Positions 9,174-19,300 of a stretch of DNA of 64,000 nucleotides are shown here, one piece after another. The notes under the pieces are model-generated. The model saw nothing but the letters and a program-made list of their open reading frames with translations. It did not search any database and was not told the DNA's origin. The DNA lies in the IMG/VR virus record IMGVR_UViG_3300047557_003034, positions 1-64,000 of that record, one strand, 5' to 3'. This DNA is from a virus. How positions within the stretch are numbered: the first letter of the stretch is position 1; every line of letters starts with the position of its first letter. Both the position numbers and the translations under genes were made by a program.

Positions 9174-9763
9174 GTTCATTAGCCGACATAATAACTGAGA
9201 TTAATTCGCTGACTGGGTACAATGTACCTACAGCAAGCGGTATCATCATAAGCTCATCAACAGTACTATCTAGTGGATCAGTGAATGAGATAGTTAATTA
9301 CATAAACAGCATTACTGGATATAGTATTCCAGGCACAAGTGTCACCTATACAAGTGGATCCAATGTAGCAGGATCTCCAATAGTCTACCAAGTTCCAACA
9401 CCGGTTAGTGGTACTATATCAAGAGATGGCATAGCACCAGGAAGAGTCATCAAAGCTGACCACATTTTGAGGATAATTGACGCTCTTGACGGTACTACTC
9501 CGAACCTTATTGTTATGTCTGGCAGCCTGCAAGTTACAGGTTCAACAAATCTATCAAGCAGTCTTACTGTAGGTGGTACAACTAACCTAAACGGACCGCT
9601 TAATGTGTACCAATTAGCCACATTCTTTGGCAATCTTCTAGCATCTGGGTCAGCAACGTTTGCTCAAGATCTCATACTACCATTTGTACCAAATCAGAAT
9701 TTTATCGAATCTGTGTCAGGATCTATGCAAGGCACGGATACTGTCGATGGAGGAACGTTTTAA
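9170..9763 (+). CDS. Ser/Thr-rich virion protein (collar/fibre-associated)
   Basis: Internal repeat (INSLTGY/INSITGY), SGS/TGS-rich, ends DGGTF. Confidence 0.5.
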   Translation: MSSLADIITEINSLTGYNVPTASGIIISSSTVLSSGSVNEIVNYINSITGYSIPGTSVTYTSGSNVAGSPIVYQVPTPVSGTISRDGIAPGRVIKADHILRIIDALDGTTPNLIVMSGSLQVTGSTNLSSSLTVGGTTNLNGPLNVYQLATFFGNLLASGSATFAQDLILPFVPNQNFIESVSGSMQGTDTVDGGTF

Positions 9764-9767
9764 GTAA

Positions 9768-9776
9768 CTATTTATT
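9768..9776 (+). promoter_or_regulatory. putative late promoter CTATTTATT
   Basis: Intergenic motif before the 843-aa fibre gene. Confidence 0.7.
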
Positions 9777-9825
9777 AGCGGCTTATATAAGCCCTAGCTA
9801 GTACATACTTTAAAGCGACCTACAT

Positions 9826-12357
9826 ATGGCAGTTAAGATAGAACTGAAACGCAGTGCGATACCTGGAAAAGTACCTACTGTTGATCAACTAGACCTCGGC
9901 GAATTAGCGATTAATACGTACGATGGTGCGATATACTTTAAACAGGACACTGGTGTTAGTCAGTCTATCGTTCAAGTAACAACTACGGGAGGTACTACGA
10001 TATCAGCATCGTATGCTGTAACATCTTCCCACGCAATAACTGCCAGCTACGCTCTTAATGTACCAGACACAGCATCATTCTCAGTAAGTTCTTCTTACGC
10101 TCTCACAGCTAGTTACGCACTTAACGTGCCTGAGACTGCGTCATTTGCCATTAGTTCATCCTATGCTTTGACAGCAAGCTATGCTTTAAATGTACCTGAG
10201 ACAGCATCTTTTGCTATTAGTTCATCTTATGCAATAAGTGCATCTTACGCAGTTAGTTCATCAAACGCTATATCAGCTAGCTATGCATTAAGTGGTAGTA
10301 ATTCCATTAGTGCATCCTACGCACTCACCGCTTCCTTCGTCAATCCACTTAGGCAAAACGTACAGATTACAGGATCACTGTTCATAAGTGGTTCTCAAAA
10401 TATTATAGGCTCAGGGTCGGATGTATTCTCAGTAGACGGTACATCAGGCAGGCTATTTGAGATAGATGATACACTATCAGGATCACTCTTCTCAGTCAAC
10501 ACAGTATCTGGTCTACCAATCATAGAGGCTTTCTCAGACAACACAGTTAGGATAGGACAGTACGGTACAAGAGCACTGTACGTTTCACAATCTGCTGTTG
10601 GTATTGGAAAGGAAAATGCACTCAACGGAAAGCTTGATGTGAGTGGTAGTACCTTCATGACAGGCTCACTCAATGTGAGTCAAGGCATTACGGGTAGCTT
10701 GTTTGGTACTGCATCTTGGGCACAGAATGCTCAAACTGCATCTTTTGTCTTGAATGCTGTGAGTGCATCGTTTGCAGCTACTGCATCAAGTGCAGATAAC
10801 TTCTTTATTAGGCAAAATCTAACAGCAAGCAACGCTCTTATCAGCGGTACAATCACTGCACAGACACTTGTTGTGCAAACAGTTACATCATCTGTCATCT
10901 ACTCATCAGGCTCAAATGTGTTTGGTGATAGCTTATCAGATGTTCAGCAGATGACCGGATCAGTAAATATAACTGGTTCTCTCAGTGTTAACGGTGGATC
11001 TGTACCACTTGGATCTGGTGTTGCTGGTCAAGTGGCTGTTTGGTCAGGCAGTAGTAGTGTAAGTGGTAGTAATAATTTATTTTGGGATAGGACTAATAGT
11101 AGGTTGGGGATTGGTACTAGCACACCTGGTAATCATAAAGTGTACATACAACATGATTCAACTGGACCTAACTTCTACGATTTCTCTTCGTTGTTTATTA
11201 ACGGTAACGGTTCAAATGTTTATATAAAAGCTGGAACTAACGGCTCTACAGCTGGCGTATCTAGCCTATATTTAGGAAACAGTACTGGTGTTATCCTAAC
11301 TATATCAGGTGAATCCACCAACTCTATAAAATTCTACCACGGCACGACTTCCAACTTCATGTACTACCAACCTGGTGGATACAACATGTTTAGGTTAGGA
11401 TTAACAGAACCAGCTACTTCAGTCTTCAGACAAGCTGTGATATCATCTTTCGGACAAGCAGGAAGAAACGTATTATCAATCTACGGAACCACAAGTCAAA
11501 CAGGAACACTCCTCGACATACATGCTAACGATGCAGACACTTCCAGGGTATTTCAGTTAAATGCCAACGGTAACTTAATGCTTCAAAATGGAGGCACATT
11601 TACTGACACCGGAGAACGTCTTCAAGTATCAGGCAGTGCAAAGATAACAGGCAATACTGTTATTACAGGTTCCCTAACCGTACTAGGCGGTATCACTGGC
11701 TCACTATTCGGAACAGCTTCTTGGGCACAAAACGCAGTGACAGCATCTTTTGTAGCAAATGCTATTAGTGCATCATACGCAGCCACTGCATCAAGTGCAG
11801 ACAGCTTCCTCATAAGACAAAGTCTCACTGCATCACAAGCACTCATATCAGGCTCAGGTACACAAAGACTAACAATTGTAGGTTCAGGTTCAGCACAACC
11901 ACTCTTCACAGTACAAGGCTCACAAGGAGGACTATTCTCAGTAACAGATAGCCTATCAGGATCACTCTTCACAGTTAGCGATGTTTCAGGATTGCCTATA
12001 ATGGAAGTGTTCTCTGATAACACTATCTTGATGGGTAACTACCAAGATCCTATGTTGTTGACTACAACTAGGGCAACTTCAACAGTCGGAGTAAACGTTA
12101 TCTACAACCTACCTACAGCATCTTACGATGCAGTGTACGTAGATTACGCAATTAGGTCGGGTTCTAACGCTAGAGCTGGTAACTTTATGGCGTTGTGGAG
12201 TGGTAGCCAAGTAAACTACGTAGACAATTCAACTACCGACTTTGGTAATACGTTTGGATTTGTGTTCGGAGCATCAATCTCAGGTAGTAACATGGTGGTG
12301 ACCGGATCAGCAACAACGGCAGGTTGGACTATAAAAACAATTGTAAAAGCAATATAA
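9826..12357 (+). CDS. tail/head fibre protein
   Basis: N-terminal IELKRS..PGKVP..LDLGELAINTYDG fibre-attachment motif; ASYA repeats; duplicated modules. Confidence 0.75.
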   Translation: MAVKIELKRSAIPGKVPTVDQLDLGELAINTYDGAIYFKQDTGVSQSIVQVTTTGGTTISASYAVTSSHAITASYALNVPDTASFSVSSSYALTASYALNVPETASFAISSSYALTASYALNVPETASFAISSSYAISASYAVSSSNAISASYALSGSNSISASYALTASFVNPLRQNVQITGSLFISGSQNIIGSGSDVFSVDGTSGRLFEIDDTLSGSLFSVNTVSGLPIIEAFSDNTVRIGQYGTRALYVSQSAVGIGKENALNGKLDVSGSTFMTGSLNVSQGITGSLFGTASWAQNAQTASFVLNAVSASFAATASSADNFFIRQNLTASNALISGTITAQTLVVQTVTSSVIYSSGSNVFGDSLSDVQQMTGSVNITGSLSVNGGSVPLGSGVAGQVAVWSGSSSVSGSNNLFWDRTNSRLGIGTSTPGNHKVYIQHDSTGPNFYDFSSLFINGNGSNVYIKAGTNGSTAGVSSLYLGNSTGVILTISGESTNSIKFYHGTTSNFMYYQPGGYNMFRLGLTEPATSVFRQAVISSFGQAGRNVLSIYGTTSQTGTLLDIHANDADTSRVFQLNANGNLMLQNGGTFTDTGERLQVSGSAKITGNTVITGSLTVLGGITGSLFGTASWAQNAVTASFVANAISASYAATASSADSFLIRQSLTASQALISGSGTQRLTIVGSGSAQPLFTVQGSQGGLFSVTDSLSGSLFTVSDVSGLPIMEVFSDNTILMGNYQDPMLLTTTRATSTVGVNVIYNLPTASYDAVYVDYAIRSGSNARAGNFMALWSGSQVNYVDNSTTDFGNTFGFVFGASISGSNMVVTGSATTAGWTIKTIVKAI
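10042..10230 (+). repeat. three 63-bp (21-aa) tandem repeats ASYALNVPETASFAISSSYALT
   Basis: Seen directly in the translation and DNA. Confidence 0.85.
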
Positions 12358-12367
12358 AAAGAGATCT

Positions 12368-13066
12368 ATGGCACTTAATAGCAATTTGAGAACGGTTACG
12401 GATGGATTAGTTTTGTATTTGGATGCTGCTAACACGAAATCATACGTCAGTGGTTCTACAACCTGGAGCGATATGAGCGTATCAGGAAGGAATAGTACAC
12501 TAATAAATGGTCCCACCTTCAGTACTACTAACGCTGGCAGAATCGTGTTTGATGGTGTAGATGATTATGCGTATAGTGGTACTTCGGTTTTAGGTGATAC
12601 TACCACTACCTGTACATTGGAAATGACGTGCATATTCTCTTCTCTTCCCAACTACTCAGCACTTTTTTATATAGGAACATCTCAATTTAACCACAATCTA
12701 CCGTACGTATGCTTTAGTTCTTTTTCAAGCCAATTATACTTTAGTGTAGGTAGTTACTCAAGTGGCACAAGACTCACTAATAGTGCAACATCAACCATTA
12801 CAGCTAATGCCTGGCATCACTGCGTTGGTACAATGGGAGGAGGAGTTTTGAATTTGTACATAGACGGATCTTTCAGATCTTCCTACACACTAGCAGGAGG
12901 TTTCACCAGTCCTTTAGGTGGGTTGGTAACTGCAATCTATGGAGGCATAGCTCTTACGAACTACACTGCGGGATCTGTCGGTTTAGCAAAAGTATACAAC
13001 CGAGCTCTCTCGGCAACAGAAATTACACAGAACTACAACGCGGTAAGAGATCGCTATGGCATCTAA
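12368..13066 (+). CDS. LamG/concanavalin-A-like domain virion protein
   Basis: DGLVLYLDAAN..SY..SGTTW, WHHCVGT, LYIDG and YNRALSATEITQNYNA motifs. Confidence 0.8.
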   Translation: MALNSNLRTVTDGLVLYLDAANTKSYVSGSTTWSDMSVSGRNSTLINGPTFSTTNAGRIVFDGVDDYAYSGTSVLGDTTTTCTLEMTCIFSSLPNYSALFYIGTSQFNHNLPYVCFSSFSSQLYFSVGSYSSGTRLTNSATSTITANAWHHCVGTMGGGVLNLYIDGSFRSSYTLAGGFTSPLGGLVTAIYGGIALTNYTAGSVGLAKVYNRALSATEITQNYNAVRDRYGI

Positions 13067-13094
13067 TTACAACACTCACACAAAACAACAATCT

Positions 13095-13271
13095 ATGATA
13101 TATCAAGTACAAATGCAGTTTATACCAGGATCCGACGCAATATGGGTAGCAAGACTCAATCCCGACGATCCAGTCTATGAATACGACAACGAACCAGAAG
13201 CTCAAGCAAAGGCAGATGAGCTTCAAGCTCAAGATCCTACCGGAAGAGTGTATAGAGTTATGGCTATTTAG
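13095..13271 (+). CDS. small hypothetical protein
   Basis: Likely start at ATG 13095, after the LamG gene stop. Confidence 0.6.
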   Translation: MIYQVQMQFIPGSDAIWVARLNPDDPVYEYDNEPEAQAKADELQAQDPTGRVYRVMAI

Positions 13272-13272
13272 A

Positions 13273-13281
13273 CTATTTATA
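13273..13281 (+). promoter_or_regulatory. putative late promoter CTATTTATA
   Basis: Motif before giant fibre 1. Confidence 0.7.
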
Positions 13282-13329
13282 TCTGAACCAAACCCCACCT
13301 TAGGGAGAGTGAACTAAGGAAGAGTATAC

Positions 13330-16300
13330 ATGGCCAACGAATTTGTCGCCCGGTTAGGGCTTATTTCAAACTGTACCCTCACGGTTACAGGATCTTCAAC
13401 ACTTTACGGAGTAATTTGTGGTGGTACCAATCCAATAGTAGCTGGCGATGGGTCTGCTGTGTTGAATGGTTGGAGCAACAGTGCAATAGGTAGCGGTTCC
13501 ATAGTAGGTAGCGGTTGCCAAAACATAGCATCAGGCTCATGCTCAGCAGTAGTAGGTGGTAGATTCAATACTGGTTCAGGTGGATTTAGCTTTGTAGGAA
13601 ATGGCTATGGTAACATAGCATCAGGTAGTTACACAGCAATAGTAGGCGGTCTAAACAACACAGGCTCAGGAGCATTTGGTTTTATAGGTGGTGGCAACAA
13701 CAATAAGATAATTTACAACACAACAAGCGATGCTTGTTATGTAGCTATAGGTGGCGGACTCAATAACACAGTATGCTCTAGATACAGTGCAATATTTGGC
13801 GGTGTCAACAACACAATAGGCATTGAAACAGATGCATCAACTATTGTTGGAGGTAATGCTAACCAAGTAACAAGTGCAGGATACTCGTTCGTAGGTGGTG
13901 GTGGAAACAACCTAAGCACTGGTTACTACAGCTTTGTAGGAGGTGGATGCGGTAATAGAATTAGCATAGGAATATGTGCATACGGTGTTATAGTAGGTGG
14001 TGCTGGAAACTGTTTAGTAATAAACAACAACTCAGCTATTGTAGGAGGTCAAACAAACTGTATAGATGGTAACTACAGCTTTATAGGAGGTGGTGCTGGA
14101 AACAGAGTTATAGCAGCATCAGGATCAATAGTAGGTGGTTTTTCTAATATAGTAAGTACAGCTGGATGTGCAGGATTCATAGGTGGTGGTCAGTCTAACA
14201 CAGTCAATAGCACTGCAGCAGTAATTGGAGGTGGTCTTTCGAACAGTGCAACAGGAATATACTCAATAGTAGCTGGAGGTGCTAGTAACATAGCAAATAG
14301 CTCCTACGCAGCAGTATTAGGCGGTACATTAAACTGTGCAACAGAATTTTACTCGACAGTATCAGGTGGCTACAAAAGTTGTGCAACAAATCAATTTTCT
14401 TTTGTTGGTGGTGGTCGTATTAATGTAGTTAGCGGTAACTCGGCAGGTATAGTAGCAGGACGCTCAAATGTAGCTAGTGGTCAATCTTCTTTTATCGGTA
14501 GTGGATTTAGCAACTCAGCATCAAACTGTTACGCAGTTGCAGTAGGAGGTTCAGGAAGCTTAGCATCAGGAATTGGCAGTTTTGTAGGTGGTGGATTTAA
14601 TAATAGAGCAACATCAGCTTGTTCGGTAGTAGTAGGCGGTCAACAGAATACTGGCTCAGCAGCGTGGACCTTTGTAGGAGGAGGTATATCAAACACAGCT
14701 TCTAACACATATGCATTTGTAGGAGGAGGTTTTTGCAACGTTTCTAGTGGTTTATACGCCACTGTCACAGGAGGTCAATTCAATACAGCTTCATTCGGTT
14801 TTGCTTTCGTAGGAGGTGGATGTCGCAATGCAGCAACAAGTTACGCATCGTTTGTAGGAGGTGGTGATGGAAACACTGCATCGGGATATAGAAACGTCGT
14901 AGTAGGTGGTGCTGGCAACACTGCATCGGGATACAGAGCAGCAATAGTAGGAGGTTCTGGAAACACTAACACAGGTACAAATTCGTTTGTAGGAGCTGGT
15001 GCACAGAACAATGCAGGTGGTCTATGGTCAGGAATCGTATTGGGAAGGTTGAACTGTACTTGTACATCATCAACAGCATCATTCATAGGTGGTGGTCAAA
15101 ACAATACAGTAAGCAACGTACTACAATCTTCCATCGTAGGTGGAGGTTCAAACTCAGTAACTGCTACTTTAGGATTTATAGGAGGTGGTGCAGAAAATAC
15201 AGTAGCAGCTGAAACTGGATCGATTGTAGGTGGTAGGGGCAACGTAATTTGCATAGGAGGCTCAGGATCATTCATAGGAGGTGGTCGAAGTAACGTAATC
15301 AGCTCATGTCTTGCAGCAATAGTAAGCGGTCTTACTAACACAGTATCAAATTTTTACGGTTTTATAGGTGGTGGTACGAGCAATACAGTATCGGGGTATC
15401 TTGGTGCTGTTCTAGGAGGAGCCAGCAACCAAGCCACAGCAGGGTATTCAACAGTAGTTGGCGGTCAAAGCAACTGTGCAGTTGGACAGAAAGGATTTGT
15501 AGGAGGTGGTAGGTGTAACAGAGCATCAGGATTTGCAATTGTGGGTGGTGGTTGCTGCAACTCAGCATCAAACTATTACACAGCTATACTAGGAGGTAGA
15601 CAAAATACTATAACAACGGGTGGCAACTGTTCAATTATAGGCGGCGGTGCTTTTAATACAATAGCAGCCTATACTGGATCAATAGTAGGTGGAGATAGAA
15701 ACCGCATCTGTGCAGCTGCATGTGGTGCATTTATAGGTGGAGGTCAACAGAACACCGGTTCCGGTGTACTAACCTTCATAGGTGGTGGTCAGCAAAATGT
15801 AGCTGCTGGTGCCCTTAGTTTTGTAGGGGGTGGTCAGCAAAATGTAGCTACTGGTATCCTTAGTTTTGTGGGGGGTGGTACTTTTAATACTGTAGCAGCA
15901 GCAACTGGCTCAATAGTAGGCGGTGAACGCAACCTCATAACATCAACAGGATGTGCAGCATTCATAGGTGGTGGTCAACTGAACACAGGCTCAGCAGCAT
16001 GGAGCTTTATAGGTGGTGGTTTTAACAACTATGCTTTAGGACAAGGAAGCTTTATAGGTGGAGGTGGCTCTAATCTAACATTTGGTTCAGCAACATCAGC
16101 CTCAGTAGTTAGTGGTACGTGCAACTGTGCACAGGGAATTGCAAGTATTGTGGGTAGTGGATGTCTAAACAAAGCTACAGGTACAAATACCGGTGTATTG
16201 GGTGGTTCAGGCAATACTGCATCAGGTGCTTGTTCTACTGTAGTTGGTGGTAATGGCAACGTTGCAAGCGGTGGATATAGCATAGCAGGATCAGGTTTAA

Positions 16301-19300
16301 CAAACAGTGCATCAGGATATCTATCAGCATTGCTTGGTGGTGAAAGTAATACATCAGGAGGTTCTCGAAGTGCAGTATTAGGAGGTCGCTCAAACAGTGC
16401 TAGTGCTTATCAATCAGTAGCAGTTGGAGGTGGAACTAACTGTGCAACAGCAACTGCTGCTGCAGTAGTAGGAGGCTCTTTGAACACTGTTTCTGGAGCT
16501 TGTAGCTTTATAGGGGGTGGCACACTCAACACACTAAGCGGAATAGGAGGTGTTATTGTAGGAGGCAGCTCTAATACAGGTTCAGCTAATTTAGGTTTCA
16601 TAGGAGGTGGTGGTGGTAATGTAGTATGTAACTCCTACGCTACAGTACTAGGTGGTGAAAATAACCGAGCCATGGCCAGCCGTTCAACTGTAGGAGCTGG
16701 TAGTGGTAACCTTGCATCTGGAAGCTACTCAGGAGTCTTCAGCGGTCAAAACAATAACGGATCAGGTTCATATAGCTTCATAGGAGGTGGAGTTAGCAAC
16801 GTAGCATTAACTGTATCAGTTGTAGCTGGTGGAGGTCAAAATACAGCATCAGGTGGTTATGCAATCATAGGAGGCGGTAAACAAAACTCACTATCAGGTG
16901 ACTACGCATCTATACTAGGAGGTACTATAAATGCAGTAACAGCTATTCACGGATTTGTAGGAGGAGGCTGTAGAAATACAGTGGCAGGACCAAGCGGATC
17001 AATAGTCGGTGGTTCTAGAAACTGCATTACTACTGCAGGAGTTGAAAGCTTCATAGGTGGTGGTTATGGTAACTGTACAACAGCAGCTTGTACAGCAATC
17101 TTGGGCGGTGGATTCAACACAGCATCAGCAGCTTTTGCAGGTGCATTTGGCTGCAACTTGAATGCAAGTCAAGCTTGCCACTTCTACGTCAACAACTTAT
17201 CAGTACCAGGCAACCTAACCGGTTCTAACATGGTACTTAGCGGTAAGCTAACAGTATGTCAGATAGAAGTACAAATCTTATCATCATCAGTAAGCTTCTT
17301 TACAGGATCTACAATCTTTGGATCTTGTTTAACAAATACACATCAGTTTACAGGATCAGTTAGTATAACTGGAAGTTTGAGGACCTGCGGTCCAGTTTGC
17401 TTTACGCAAACTATGGCTGTAGGTAGCGGATCTACTGCATCAGGAACTTATAGCAGTGTTGCAGGTGGTTTATCAAACACAGCATCAGGCAACTGTTCAC
17501 ACGTGGGTGGCGGTAGAGCTAATACGACATCAGGTGGATTTAGTACTGTAGGTGGTGGTTTTTCAAACAGCTCATCTGCAAACTATGCAACTACAGCAGG
17601 AGGTATTGGTAACAGAGCAGCTGGTGATTCTTCCTTCGTAGGTGGTGGTGGTAGCAACCTCGCATGTGGCAACTGTTCAGCAGTCGTAGGAGGTAGCCTT
17701 AACAGTGGATCAGCTGCTTTCACATTTGTTGGTGGTGGTTCTGATAACAGAGCGACTGCATTTGCATCAGCGGTTGTAGGTGGTCAAGTTGGTCTAGTAA
17801 GTGGAGAATACTCAACGATATCAGGAGGATATAGAAATACTGTAGCTGGGTGTTTTGGATTCGTAGGAGGTGGGTATGAAAATACCGTATCAGCGCAGAC
17901 TGGATCAATAGTGGGTGGTCGTAGTAACTGTATCTGCATAAGTGCGAGTGGATCATTCATAGGTGGCGGTCGAAGTAACATAGTCAGAGGACTCCTCGCA
18001 TCGGCAGTAGGAGGTGTAGGCAACTCAGCATCGGGATCATACAGCTTTATAGGAGGTGGTAGTAGTAATGTAGTTGAGAGTTGTGGTGGAGCAGTTGTGA
18101 GTGGTACAGGTAACATTATACGAGCTGTAGTAGGAGGACAAGGATTTATAGGAGCAGGTGCTGCTAATACGGTATCAGGATGCAGAGCAATAATAGGTGC
18201 TGGTGTCGGTAACACAGCATCAGGAGATGATAACGTTATAGGAGGTGGCTTTTACAACACAGTAAGCAATTACCAATCAGTTGTAGTAGGTGGCTATCAA
18301 AACGTAGCAAGTAATACAAGAGTATTCATAGGTGGCGGTCAAAACAACTTAGCTTGTGGTAGTTTATCAGTTGTAGCAGGTGGTCAGCTAAATACTGGAT
18401 CAGCAAATTTAACATCTGTATTAGGAGGTTTTGGTAATCGTGCAACAGCTGCAGGAGCAGTTGCTGTAGGTGGTTCTTCAAACCAATCCGCAGGTGCATC
18501 CGGATTTATTGGTGGAGGCTTCAACAACACAGTATCAGCACCCACTGGTTCAATAGTAGGTGGTGCCTTTAACTGTCTTTGCACAGCAGCATGTGCAGCA
18601 TTTATAGGAGGTGGCCAACAAAACACTGGTTCAGGTGTAATGAGCTTTATTGGTGGTGGAATTTGCAATGTAGCATCAGGCAACTGTTCAACAATAGTAG
18701 GCGGTCAACAGAACACTGGTTCAGGCATATTCAGCTTTATGGGTGGCGGTGGGAGAAATGCTGCATTAGGTGCCTGCTCTACAGTAGGTGGTGGTGAAAT
18801 AAACATTGCAGGCAATCAACTATCAACAGTATCAGGCGGGTATAGAAACTACGCATGTGAATATGGTGCTACTGTAGCAGGTGGTATAACAAACTGTGTA
18901 TGCGGTTACATAGGAACTATAGCAGGTGGATTTGGAAATGCAGCATCAGGTTCTTATTCTTTTGTAGGAGGAGGTAGACAAAATCTAGCGTTAGCAGCAT
19001 CAAGTTCTATAGTAGGTGGTTGTAGTAATACAATCTGCATAAGTGCAAGTGGATCATTCATAGGTGGCGGTCAAAGCAACACAGTATCAGGACTACTGTC
19101 AGCAGTGGTTGGTGGTCAGAGTAATCTAGCATCAGGATCTCATAGCTTTGTAGGAGGAGGATCTAGTAATGCTGTTCGCACTTGTTTCTCATTCATAGGA
19201 GGTGGTACTGGAAACTCGATAACAACAAGTTGCTGTTCAGTAATTGTCGGTGGTCAAAACAACACTATCAGCGGTGATTTCTATCAAAACTGGCACTTTA

